From NCBI GenBank assembly GCA_965249275.1, contig CBDFLQ010000006.1:892492-956491 (forward strand): a DNA stretch of 64,000 nucleotides. The letters are read 5' to 3'. Below are positions 54,989-64,000 of this stretch, piece after piece. This DNA is from Dehalococcoidia bacterium. Lineage in GTDB: Bacteria > Chloroflexota > Dehalococcoidia > Plut-88900. The notes under the pieces were generated by a model. The model did not search any database. It saw only the letters and a program-made list of their open reading frames with translations, and had not been told where the DNA came from. The first letter of the stretch is position 1; each line of letters opens with the position of its first letter. Both the position numbers and the translations under genes were made by a program.

Positions 54989-56248
54989 CTAGCTCCGCGT
55001 ATACACCGCCTCCCCTGCTCGGCGGGTGATGCGGCCGGCCCGCACCTCGGCAGTCACCAGCGCCAGGTCGGTCACGTACTGCTCGACGATGTCGTGGTGC
55101 GAGTAGTCGAAGAAGAGGTGGATGCCCTCTGGGTCAACAATGCGGTTGCTGTTCCACCCCCGGTCGGACATGCCATCGTGGACGGCATAGATGTCGAGAT
55201 TCTTCGACCCGAAAGCTGCCAGGTAGGCATGAGGCGTCCCGAACACCTCGAGCCCCTCGATGGAGTTGATCCCGTCAATGAACCGGTCCCGCGTCCCCAG
55301 AATCCTCTCCACGATGCGTAGGTATCCCTCCTCCCCCAGGTAGTTCATAACCGCCCACGCCGACGCCACCCCACCCCCGGACCTGGACCCCGTGTTGTTG
55401 CGAGTCGAGTAGAGCCCCGAGGGCCACTCGTCGAAGGTGAACCGCTGGTACTTCTCCAACGTATCGTCCCGCAGCAGCAACCCCGAGACGCCTTTGTTGG
55501 CATACCCCAGCTTGTGCACGTCCACCGAGATGGAGGTGACGCCACTCACTCCAAAGTCATAGTCCGGAATGTCATATCCGAGCTTCCTTGCAAAGGGCAG
55601 TACGAACCCACCGTGGCACGCGTCGACATGGCACCAGAGGCCCTGCTCCTCCGCCAAGGCCCCGATCTCGGTTATCGCATCGTTGGCCCCGTACGGGTAG
55701 GAGGGAGCCGATCCGGCGACCATGATGGTGTTGTCGTTAATGGCCCGGGCCATTGCATCCACGTCCGCCCGGTAGTCGATGCTGTCCGGCACCCGGACGG
55801 TCTTGATGCCGAGAATATGTGTCGCTTTGTCGAAGGCCGGGTGGGCAGCCCGCGGCACCAAGATCTCAGGCTCGGTGGCCGAGGGCCTGTGGTCTCGGGC
55901 CCAGGCCTTGGCCGCCTTCACCGCCACCACGATACTCTCCGTGCCGCCGGATGTGACGCTCCCGCCGGCGCCCTCAGGCGCGGTCAGCATCTCCAGCAGG
56001 GCGCCGATCAGCTCCCGCTCGTACCTGACTAGGCTGGGGAAGAGGTCGGGGGCGAAGAGGGCGTTGTGGTTGATGTACATCTGATAGGCATCGTTGGCCA
56101 CCTTGACCACGTCCTCCCCGCCAAAGTAGCTGCCCCCCTTGAACTGCCGAGGCTCATACCAGGGCTTGTCCTCCTCGTGCGCCGACTCCATCTCGGCGCG
56201 GACGTCGGGCCAGGGTCGGGAGCTGGGGGGAAATTGGGGTGGGGTCAT
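54989..56248 (-). CDS. PLP-dependent decarboxylase/sphingosine-1-phosphate lyase-like protein
   Basis: TSGGTES, AHPAFDKA, HVDACHGG, SVDVHK, GSRSGG; ATG start at 56248. Confidence 0.88.
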   Translation of the reverse strand: MTPPQFPPSSRPWPDVRAEMESAHEEDKPWYEPRQFKGGSYFGGEDVVKVANDAYQMYINHNALFAPDLFPSLVRYERELIGALLEMLTAPEGAGGSVTSGGTESIVVAVKAAKAWARDHRPSATEPEILVPRAAHPAFDKATHILGIKTVRVPDSIDYRADVDAMARAINDNTIMVAGSAPSYPYGANDAITEIGALAEEQGLWCHVDACHGGFVLPFARKLGYDIPDYDFGVSGVTSISVDVHKLGYANKGVSGLLLRDDTLEKYQRFTFDEWPSGLYSTRNNTGSRSGGGVASAWAVMNYLGEEGYLRIVERILGTRDRFIDGINSIEGLEVFGTPHAYLAAFGSKNLDIYAVHDGMSDRGWNSNRIVDPEGIHLFFDYSHHDIVEQYVTDLALVTAEVRAGRITRRAGEAVYTRS

Positions 56249-56922
56249 GGTGGGGCCTCCTGAAACGCTACACTTGGAATTCCTGATATTGGGATAGTCA
56301 ATCCTATCCTGGAGGTGAAGTAAGGGAGGGAGTGGTGGAGGATGGAGGGATTCGGATTTAGCTACGAAACATATATATTTTAGTGTGCATTCCCACAATC
56401 CTCACCACACTGATAGGCTAATGGCAACCTTCGCCGATCATTGCCTCGCAAGGTATGGTATCACGCCTTCACCTATGAATATGATCGGAGTGACTGTATC
56501 CAGCGTTCTGCACGCATCTGAGTGCAGGACGCGGTTGCGCAGGGGCCAATTGAAAGTTCGAGGCTAACTAGACGGGTCTAAGTGTGCTGTACTGCAAACG
56601 TTCCGGTGGGAAATCTCAATTTAAGAAGCCGATCAGGTAAATCCGAGTCGTGACCAGTTCTAGCGATGGCCCCGCCGAAACCCATGGCTCCGCTTTCTCC
56701 ATGCGGTCTCCGAAGCAAAACTCGTGGAACATATCTCTTGCCTATCAAATTTGCTGCTTCATAGTTCTTGAATGCAAGTGAGGTTGCCTGACGGCCATGT
56801 TATCTAGAGGTAATCGAGATTGATCCACTACCGATCTAGCTTGTGCTCTTACGCGATGGGCATCTCGGCACAATGTCGCAGGCGCCGCTACTTCAGCAAT
56901 CAGCCAGGTTGGACAAGACATC

Positions 56923-58338
56923 TCAGGACCGGTCGGTGAGCTCCTTCAAGGCTATGCTCGCCTCGCGGCGTAGCCTGTTGGAATTATCCCGCTCCCGATC
57001 CACCGCTATGAAGGCGTCAACGGTGAAAGGCTGCCAGGAGGTGCGCAAGGTTCGGACAGCGCCCTCTTCCCTTTCCACTGCTTCTACCAACAGGTTGTAC
57101 ATGGGCAGCAGGTAACCTGACTGCGGAAGGTCTCTCACTTGAAGCCCGAGTTCACTTATGCGTATGTTGAATTGACTCAAGGCTTTGAGAACTTCGGTAC
57201 GGTCGCATCCGCCTTCGACCTCCCGCCAGCCGTTGTAACCCTCGTGGAATGCGCCCCATGAAGCCAACAGGCTCTCGTACCCGTCAACAAACTCTCTAAG
57301 GTCCTGCAAATCTTCTTCGCCACTGCCATCCAACGCATCCTCGATGGATAGATTGACTTCCTTGAGGGTTGCCTGGGATTTCTTGATGGCGGCCTGCGGC
57401 GCCTTCAGACGCGGTGCGATCGTTTGACTGGACGTTTCTGGTTCAGGGGTGGCCGGCTCATCACCTATCTCCAAGGCTGCCATAATGGCCTGTCTGACGA
57501 CTTTAAGTGTGTTCGACAGGGCAGCTTGTTCAGCCTCCGCTACCTTTTGAAGCTCCCCGATCATATCTTTCGTAGCGTCTGTCGCAGTTAGCCTGTCAAT
57601 AGAATCAACTACCTCGTCGAGTTGCTCGATTAGCTGGTTGAGCCGGGTGAGCACTTTCGCGTTGTCCAGGGTCTCGGACTCCTTCAGCAAGCCGGAGTAG
57701 TCGTCGTGATAGCCCTCCCATGCATCACCGATGGCATCAAGGGCCTCGGACAAATCTTCTATCGCCTGCAATCTCTCGGGGTCGGTAGCCTTCTCGAGAT
57801 CTTCCTGTAACTCCGCGACCTGGTCTTGCACTGTCCTTTGGGCGAAGGCCGATTCGGAGCGCTGCTGCTCAACTGTCTCAAACAATGAAAGGTTGTTTGG
57901 CTGCCAGCGGTCGCGTAACTGTCGGAATGCCTTCTCCTCCGACTCGGCAGCCGCTATCAACACGTCGGCTAACTCCCGAGTCACCGTCGCCCTGGGAAGG
58001 TCCCGGGCCTGTTCCGTTACACCGTTGAAAGCTACGGCAAAGTCCCGCAGGGCATTCTGAGCGGTGCTCTCGTGACAAGATGTTAACCCGGCGCGCCAGT
58101 GGTCAAAGTCCTTGTGGAATTGGTCCCACTCCAGCCCAACGGCCTCCTGTTGTGTGGCAAATTCATCCACCACCATCAGTTCCCTAACCGACAGGGGCCT
58201 GGACGATTGGGGGGTTGAGTCTGTGGGCAGGGTAACGGGCGCGGTTTCAGAATCGCCACTGCCTCCACAGGCCAGGACCAGGCCCAGCGTTAATATCAAA
58301 GTGGGTAGAAGGATATATAGACCTAATTGTTTCTTCAT
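56923..58338 (-). CDS. Hypothetical helical lipoprotein with internal N/C repeat
   Basis: Signal peptide with lipobox LAC; repeated W..FH..(F/Y)..WR....(S/G)C motif. Confidence 0.7.
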   Translation of the reverse strand: MKKQLGLYILLPTLILTLGLVLACGGSGDSETAPVTLPTDSTPQSSRPLSVRELMVVDEFATQQEAVGLEWDQFHKDFDHWRAGLTSCHESTAQNALRDFAVAFNGVTEQARDLPRATVTRELADVLIAAAESEEKAFRQLRDRWQPNNLSLFETVEQQRSESAFAQRTVQDQVAELQEDLEKATDPERLQAIEDLSEALDAIGDAWEGYHDDYSGLLKESETLDNAKVLTRLNQLIEQLDEVVDSIDRLTATDATKDMIGELQKVAEAEQAALSNTLKVVRQAIMAALEIGDEPATPEPETSSQTIAPRLKAPQAAIKKSQATLKEVNLSIEDALDGSGEEDLQDLREFVDGYESLLASWGAFHEGYNGWREVEGGCDRTEVLKALSQFNIRISELGLQVRDLPQSGYLLPMYNLLVEAVEREEGAVRTLRTSWQPFTVDAFIAVDRERDNSNRLRREASIALKELTDRS

Positions 58339-59648
58339 TGACTATTACGCAACCCCAGATAGTCGCTAACTAGTTCGTCTCTGAATTCACCGTTGAACAA
58401 GCTGCTCACAGCCCCGGTCAAGGCAACGGGTGTTTCCCCGAGGACTACCAGCACGTATCGGCCTTGGTCCCTATGAAGCAGGATGATCGCTGTTCCTTCC
58501 CTGTCGATTTCCGGGGCAAAGGGCAGGGTAATTGCCTCGTCGATGCTAACGCCGGCAGCCTGTAGATATTGGCTCACCATGCGTGAGTCTTCATACAGGC
58601 CCAGGAACACCGTGTCCTGGCTCACGTCTTCCCCTTCACCAATCCTGGAGGATAGACCGTAGGCCGTGAGGCCGTTTCTCATCTCGAGGCCAATGTTCCA
58701 GAGAGAAGGCTGGCCCAACAGGATGTCGGTATTGTCTCCGGGGTCGCCCTCATAGAAGTGGGGAAAATCGCCGAGGTCAAACTCACGTTGACCGTCGGTC
58801 AGAAAGTCCGCCAGATTTGACAACAGCCTGTCGTTATCCAGTAGAGAGTTATAGGGAGGTACCATAAATGTGAAATCAGCAATAGCCAGGACGTTCCTCT
58901 TGTCTCCCAGAGAAATGGGGTTGAATTTCTCTGCAATGTTCCCCAAAGAAGACTCCGTATTTGTATCGGTAAAGGCCAAGCCGTCACCGGAAGACTGCAC
59001 CGACCCGGCGATATACAGGGCTATAGTCTCGAGGCCACTGGTAAGGGGGGCGGGCTGGAAATCTCTAACGAATATGTGCCTGAAGTTCAGGTCGTATTCC
59101 ACGGTGTTGTAGAGATAGTCGGGTTGGAACTCCACACCAAATCTCTTAGCCAGGGCATTTATCCGGTTGGGCCGGGTCGGATCAGACACCAGCACCAGTT
59201 TTCCGCCCTTCTTGACGAACCGTTCCACCAAGTCGACTTCCTCGTCCAGGTAGGTAGTTCGGGGAAGCATGACTAGGAAGCTGTCGGCTTCCCGCAGCTT
59301 CTTTTCCATCTGTTCCAGTCTGGTCGGTGCCAGCACACCGAAAAAGTTGCCAATGAATTCAACGTCATAACCTCTGTCGGTTACCCAGGAGCTGAGGGTG
59401 GCAATTTCACTTTCACTGAAGGAGTTGTAGTGCAGAGCGTCGACGACCAGCAGTCCCTTCCGAACCTGGGCCGCCCCCGTATCAACGGGAGCAACGGGGG
59501 CCACCGCGGGCGAAGTTATCTGCTCATAGGGAATATCCACCGAAGGCGGAGGGTCATAGGCGCCTTGGTAAAAGAAAAAGAATATGCCCGCAAAAGTAGC
59601 GGCGGCAATTATGGGGAATAGAAAGAGAGATGCTAGTTTAAGGGTCAT
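58335..59648 (-). CDS. Membrane-anchored DUF4350/GldG-like (GATase-fold) protein
   Basis: N-terminal TM; VDALHYN, FVKKGGKLVL, NALAKRFGV, DNDRLLSNL. Confidence 0.65.
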   Translation of the reverse strand: MTLKLASLFLFPIIAAATFAGIFFFFYQGAYDPPPSVDIPYEQITSPAVAPVAPVDTGAAQVRKGLLVVDALHYNSFSESEIATLSSWVTDRGYDVEFIGNFFGVLAPTRLEQMEKKLREADSFLVMLPRTTYLDEEVDLVERFVKKGGKLVLVSDPTRPNRINALAKRFGVEFQPDYLYNTVEYDLNFRHIFVRDFQPAPLTSGLETIALYIAGSVQSSGDGLAFTDTNTESSLGNIAEKFNPISLGDKRNVLAIADFTFMVPPYNSLLDNDRLLSNLADFLTDGQREFDLGDFPHFYEGDPGDNTDILLGQPSLWNIGLEMRNGLTAYGLSSRIGEGEDVSQDTVFLGLYEDSRMVSQYLQAAGVSIDEAITLPFAPEIDREGTAIILLHRDQGRYVLVVLGETPVALTGAVSSLFNGEFRDELVSDYLGLRNSQ

Positions 59649-60621
59649 GCCCAACGTACAGGTAATAGATTTCCGGGCGCTGTATGTCGACGGGTAATCC
59701 CGGGAGGGCTTCCTCCCCGTCTGCTCCGAGGCCCTGGTCCAGCATCAAGTCTCTCAAGGTACGGAGAGTTGTCAGGGCGTTCTCGGTTTCGCCTTCCGAG
59801 GGCAGGGGCTCCCCGTCTCGGGAGGGATTGGATAGGAAGGAGAGGGCCCCCGACAGGTCTCCATCTCCGTCTTCGAGTGTAAAGACAAAATCGAGCTCCT
59901 GAACGAATTCCCGCAACACTTCCAAGTTTACGTCTACGAATCCGTAGTTGGAGATTCCCGCCAAGTCGGCGGCCTTTTCAATCGCGTCAGAATAACTCCC
60001 AACTTCGTCGGCCAGTCCCAGTCTCACTGCAACCATCCCCGGATAAAGGCGTCCTGTGCTAAGCTCCTCCCTGGAAATACGCAGCTTGTCTCCCCGTTCG
60101 CTAACCACCATTTGAACAAAGGCCGCATTCAGTATGTCCACCGTCCCGATCCACTCTCTCCTGGTGCCTCCATCCAGCTTGTTGGGGCTGCTGAAGACCA
60201 GCCCCTCATCGGGAAGTTCCGGGATCAGGGGGCCCGTGGAGAAAATCACTCCCACGTTCCCCACCATTGAAGATGTCTGGGCGTAGGTGTAGGAAGCGCC
60301 CATTGACATCATGTAGCCGCCGCTAGCTACCAGGTTACCCATAACTAGCACCACCGGCTTTTCTTCACGAAGTCTGCGGGTCTCGTTGTAGAGGCGTTCG
60401 CTGGCTGAGGCGCCTCCACCGGGAGTGCTCAGTTTAATCACCACAGCCTTTATGGAGTCATCTCGACGGGCGTAGTCGATGTATTGGCCAATAGCGAAGG
60501 CCGAGCGATCGTTGATGACTGTGTGGGGAACCTCTATGATCCCAATCTGGGGTTTGCCGGGAGTCAGGTAGACGAAGCCCAGCGCACCTGCCGCTATGCC
60601 CAAGCCCACCATAGCCGGCAC
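59638..60621 (-). CDS. S49 family (SppA-like) peptidase
   Basis: IKAVVIKLSTPGG, KPVV, ASGGY, VGNVGV, GLADEVG; true start may lie further upstream (frame open to about 60696). Confidence 0.88.
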   Translation of the reverse strand: MPAMVGLGIAAGALGFVYLTPGKPQIGIIEVPHTVINDRSAFAIGQYIDYARRDDSIKAVVIKLSTPGGGASASERLYNETRRLREEKPVVLVMGNLVASGGYMMSMGASYTYAQTSSMVGNVGVIFSTGPLIPELPDEGLVFSSPNKLDGGTRREWIGTVDILNAAFVQMVVSERGDKLRISREELSTGRLYPGMVAVRLGLADEVGSYSDAIEKAADLAGISNYGFVDVNLEVLREFVQELDFVFTLEDGDGDLSGALSFLSNPSRDGEPLPSEGETENALTTLRTLRDLMLDQGLGADGEEALPGLPVDIQRPEIYYLYVGHDP

Positions 60622-60693
60622 TAGGATGTACCAGCTGACTAAGAATCTACCTATAGGGGAAATGAGGAAAATGCTCCACCTCTTCGGCCTTGG

Positions 60694-60711
60694 CAGGCCG
60701 CTGAAAAACTC
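60694..60711 (+). mobile_element. Possible isolated IS terminal inverted-repeat remnant
   Basis: CAGGCCGCTGAAAAACTC resembles IS5/IS1182-type ends from recall; no transposase or partner end seen. Confidence 0.3.
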
Positions 60712-61495
60712 ACTAGGACGAACTCTGTGTCGATGAACTGTAGTTTTGTGTACTTTTCCAGAGTGATTTTGCGATCCACACCTGTGATTTGAAGTATGTC
60801 ATTGTAGAGGGCGAATTGGGACCTTAGTGTTTAGGTCTGCGTCAGAAAAAGAAGTTCTATTTGTGAATAAACTAATTATACCAAAGAGGAATTCGGGCTG
60901 GCGGCATTACTCGGAGTACCATGCTCGGTCACTGGTTGCCATTCGAGGTGTTTCACCTATCTGCACACTGGAATTACACTGCCGATGCTGCGAGGCAGGG
61001 CCGACGCTATTTGCGCATGGTGACGCAACGGGATTTTGAAGGGTTTGCTTATGTGCGCAGAAGCAGTGGAAAGATTGAGATTTGGGAATTTGTCCGGGGT
61101 GGTGGGCCGGCGCGTATTGTACAGCGAACCTGGCAATGGGTAATGTCAATACAAAAGGACAGGACATCCAATCGATAAGTCACAATATCCTGCCCTTCGG
61201 TGAACGGCGCCGGTATTCCAGACGCCAGGTACCCTTGGCAGCTCTTGTAGCCTCGGCCGCTGAACCCGTAAGCCCCGGTCCAAATCCAGGTTGCACAGCC
61301 AAAATGTCGTCCTCTTCCACCCACCCTTCCCAAGGTAATGGCTCGCTTTTGGTGCTAGGATATCCCCTAGTTGTCCTTCTGTAGTGGCTGAGGTCTCGTG
61401 TGGAGGCAGCAATTCGTGTGCTTGTTTTTGTCGTAGGGGACAAGGCAGTGGTTACTGGGAATGATTGTGGGTACGTTTAGACTTGGTGCAGCTAG

Positions 61496-62776
61496 ATGTT
61501 AGGCATCATGCGCGCTCAGCGGAACGCGGGCCAGCGTTTTTTGCCGGCCCTAGCCCACCGGGATTATCGAGTGATGTGGTTCGGGCACATCTTCGGCGAA
61601 TCGGCATCGTGGGCGATGGGAGCCGCCGAAGGGTGGCTGATTTTCAACTTGGCGGATAGTAATCCCAGTACCTGGGTGGGCGCGATATTTCTCGTAGCTA
61701 TGCTCCCCTGGTTCGTTGTACCTATCATCGCCGGATACTTAACCGACCGGTTCATACGACGAAACATACTGGCGTTAGCCTACGTCGTCAGCCTTTTGCA
61801 TAGCTTGACCCTGGCCCTTCTGGTCCTCACCGGTGTGGTGCAACCCTGGCACATTCTTGCTCTGGCCTTCGTCAACGGATGCGCCAGGGCGGTCCACATG
61901 GGCGCAATAGAATCTCTGGCTGCTAATCTGGTACCGGGGCAAGTCCTGCCGAACGCATACATTCTGGTTAACGCAGGCTACTACGCTACCCGACTGATCG
62001 GCCCCGGAGTGATTGCGCCGATTATAGATGTGGTCGGTCTGGAATGGATATTTTTCACCTGCACTGCTTTCTACGGCGTAGGGGTATTCTTCGTACTCCG
62101 GATACGCACTCGATCTACGGGCATCATAGATCCCGACAAAGGTTTGCTTGACAACGCTTTTTCGGGATTCAAATACGTCTACGGCCATAAGGTGCTACGG
62201 AGCATCATCCTGATAGTGCTGTTCCACTGAACTTTGATAATGTCATTTGAATCGCTCGTGCCAGCGATTTCGGAAAACCGGTTGGGTTCCGGCGGCAGCG
62301 GCGTAGCCTACATGCATATGATGGTTGGTTTTGGTGCGCTGTTAATCTCCGTTGCAATTGCTCCAATGCGAAGGGAATCAACGATAGGACGACTCTTCCT
62401 GGTGACGGCCGTGATCAGCGCTCTGGGCAATTTTGTTCTTGCAGTGGCGCCCACCCTGCCCTTAGCACTGTTGGGGACTGTGATTATAGGCATCTCTCAT
62501 ACGGGTTTCATGACCATGGCTACGATCATGATTCAGTCGGTAGCTCCTGATCACCTTCGTGGTCGAATCACCAGCATATACCTGATTCACGCCGGCGGGA
62601 TCATGGCGTTTTCATACTTCGCTAACGGCGTCCTGGCAGACGTGTTTAACCCCGGGTGGATACTCCTGGTTGGAAGCGCGGCGTTCCTGGGAGTGATGGT
62701 TCTCAGTGTCTTTACACCGACACCGCGAAGACTGTACATATCGGGTGTGCCCGCACTTGCGCCGGCAACCTCGTAA
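61496..62776 (+). CDS. MFS transporter interrupted by one in-frame UGA (62228-62230): selenoprotein or pseudogene
   Basis: The two ORF-track pieces are in the same frame; joined they give 426 aa with GYLTDRFIRR (motif A) and PDHLRGRI; SECIS-like hairpin downstream of the UGA. Confidence 0.75.
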
Positions 62777-63250
62777 TAGCCCCTAACAGCCTTCATCACT
62801 CCATACACCTCCTCAGTCATCTGCGGGGTAAGAGAGAAGGGGAGCAAATTGATAACTTTCGATCCCAATGTAGTCTGCAGCTAGTGGCAAGACCGGGCCC
62901 CAAGCAAGTTCGCTACACTTGAGCGCGCCGTATTGCGAAGTTCATGTCTGCTTCGCAATAGACACCAAAAGTTGTCTACTCGTGGGCCGCTGTCCTGGAT
63001 GATCTATCCCGCTGACTTCTTGCGTCGGCGGCACGGGCTATTTCGTCGGTTCGAGCAGCATTCCACGCTGGCCCGTCTTGCCGCACATCGTGCAACCGTC
63101 GTCCCCGGTATCCGCCGCGAACGTGAGACGCTCTAGATGGGCTGCTCGTCCCCGTTCATAAGGCACGAACCTTAACCTCTGAAACGCACGGTTTGGTCGG
63201 CGGTCTCTTAGCCGGCACGACGTGCTGCCCAGGCCCATCAGGTGGATCCT

Positions 63251-64000
63251 TTACTGGAGCAGCTCAGCTATTGCTATTCCCTGTTCACCAGCGACCGAGT
63301 ACAGCAGATAGGCGGACTCGCCGACCTGGAATATCGCCGGGTCTCTTAACTGACGCACCGGCTCCTTGACGGCGCCTCTTGCGGAAGGCGCCTGCGGCAG
63401 GTCTCCCCCCTCGTACTTCATCTCCGGTTCCAGTACAACCTCCGGCTCGGAAGCAGTCCACTGTGCCCAGTCCCGGCTGAGGTCGATTCGGGAGCGAAGG
63501 ATACGCTCGGGCTGGGCGTAGGCGTTTGTGTAGTAGACCTCTGCCTCATTGCCGACAACTCGCACCGCCGAGTGGCGCATATCGGAAGTGAACAGCGTTG
63601 GCCCCTCCTCGAAGCCTGTCAGGCCGTCCTTAGACCGGTAGAAGATTCCAGGCATGGCCAGGGCGTAGAAGTACCCGCCCCAGCGGAACAGCCGGAAGTA
63701 GGGCTCTCCCAGATTATCGGCCCGTGCTATGAACCTGATGCCGTCGTCGGAGAGGGCCACCTTGGTCCGCTGTACATCTTCACCGACCCAGCCGTGATAG
63801 TACATGCGGACCTGTCGGTTGGTCTCTTCCACATGTACGTCCGGGGAAGCGATGTGGTTGTAGCAGTAGGACTGCTCCAGACGCAGGGTTCCCGGCTGGT
63901 AGATCCGCCACGGCCCCTCCAGGCTGTCCGAGTAGGCGAGACGGATGTAGTCACCCTGATGATGGGCAAAATAGAGGTAGTACCTGCCCAGGGGACGGTC
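63251..64000 (-). CDS. Five-bladed beta-propeller glycoside-hydrolase-like protein (5' end outside window)
   Basis: Frame open to the window edge: YYLYFAHH, LEGPW, HIASPDV, QLRDPAIF, YSVAGEQGI. Confidence 0.7.
   Translation of the reverse strand, partial: DRPLGRYYLYFAHHQGDYIRLAYSDSLEGPWRIYQPGTLRLEQSYCYNHIASPDVHVEETNRQVRMYYHGWVGEDVQRTKVALSDDGIRFIARADNLGEPYFRLFRWGGYFYALAMPGIFYRSKDGLTGFEEGPTLFTSDMRHSAVRVVGNEAEVYYTNAYAQPERILRSRIDLSRDWAQWTASEPEVVLEPEMKYEGGDLPQAPSARGAVKEPVRQLRDPAIFQVGESAYLLYSVAGEQGIAIAELLQ

Noticed and set aside
56280-56900. Lower-GC intergenic stretch as a gene or ncRNA
   Set aside because: No convincing ORF, repeat or extended pairing detected by eye.
61180-61443. Fragment with GFGPGLT resembling a thiolase-fold (FabH/type III PKS) C-terminus
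   Set aside because: Too short, with no supporting upstream sequence; at most a decayed remnant.

Overview
GC-rich bacterial chromosomal window, most consistent with Chloroflexota/Dehalococcoidia (SAR202-like); the taxonomy is inferred from gene content and style, not from a search. The core genes are an 11-subunit-type nuoABCDHIJK block with no nuoEFG, tmk, pdxST, pyrD, rpoBC, DAHP synthase, ybeY-dnaX-ybaB-recR-recO, a split MetE pair, groES/EL with a perfect CIRCE, lipB, a 2-oxoacid:ferredoxin oxidoreductase, citrate synthase and pxpABC. Defence-type insertions are a methyltransferase-HNH fusion, a type IIG-like restriction-modification gene and a NucS-like nuclease. The most notable observations are: (1) two parallel non-coding cassettes next to R-M genes, each with a perfect hairpin, a shared LexA-like promoter and a 380-480 nt highly structured candidate ncRNA; (2) two in-frame UGA readthrough candidates, a TxxU selenoperoxiredoxin and, unusually, an MFS transporter with a SECIS-like hairpin; (3) an unannotated W/YY/F leader-peptide attenuator upstream of DAHP synthase; (4) nested, modular REP-like palindromes. 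All structural and homology calls were made by eye.
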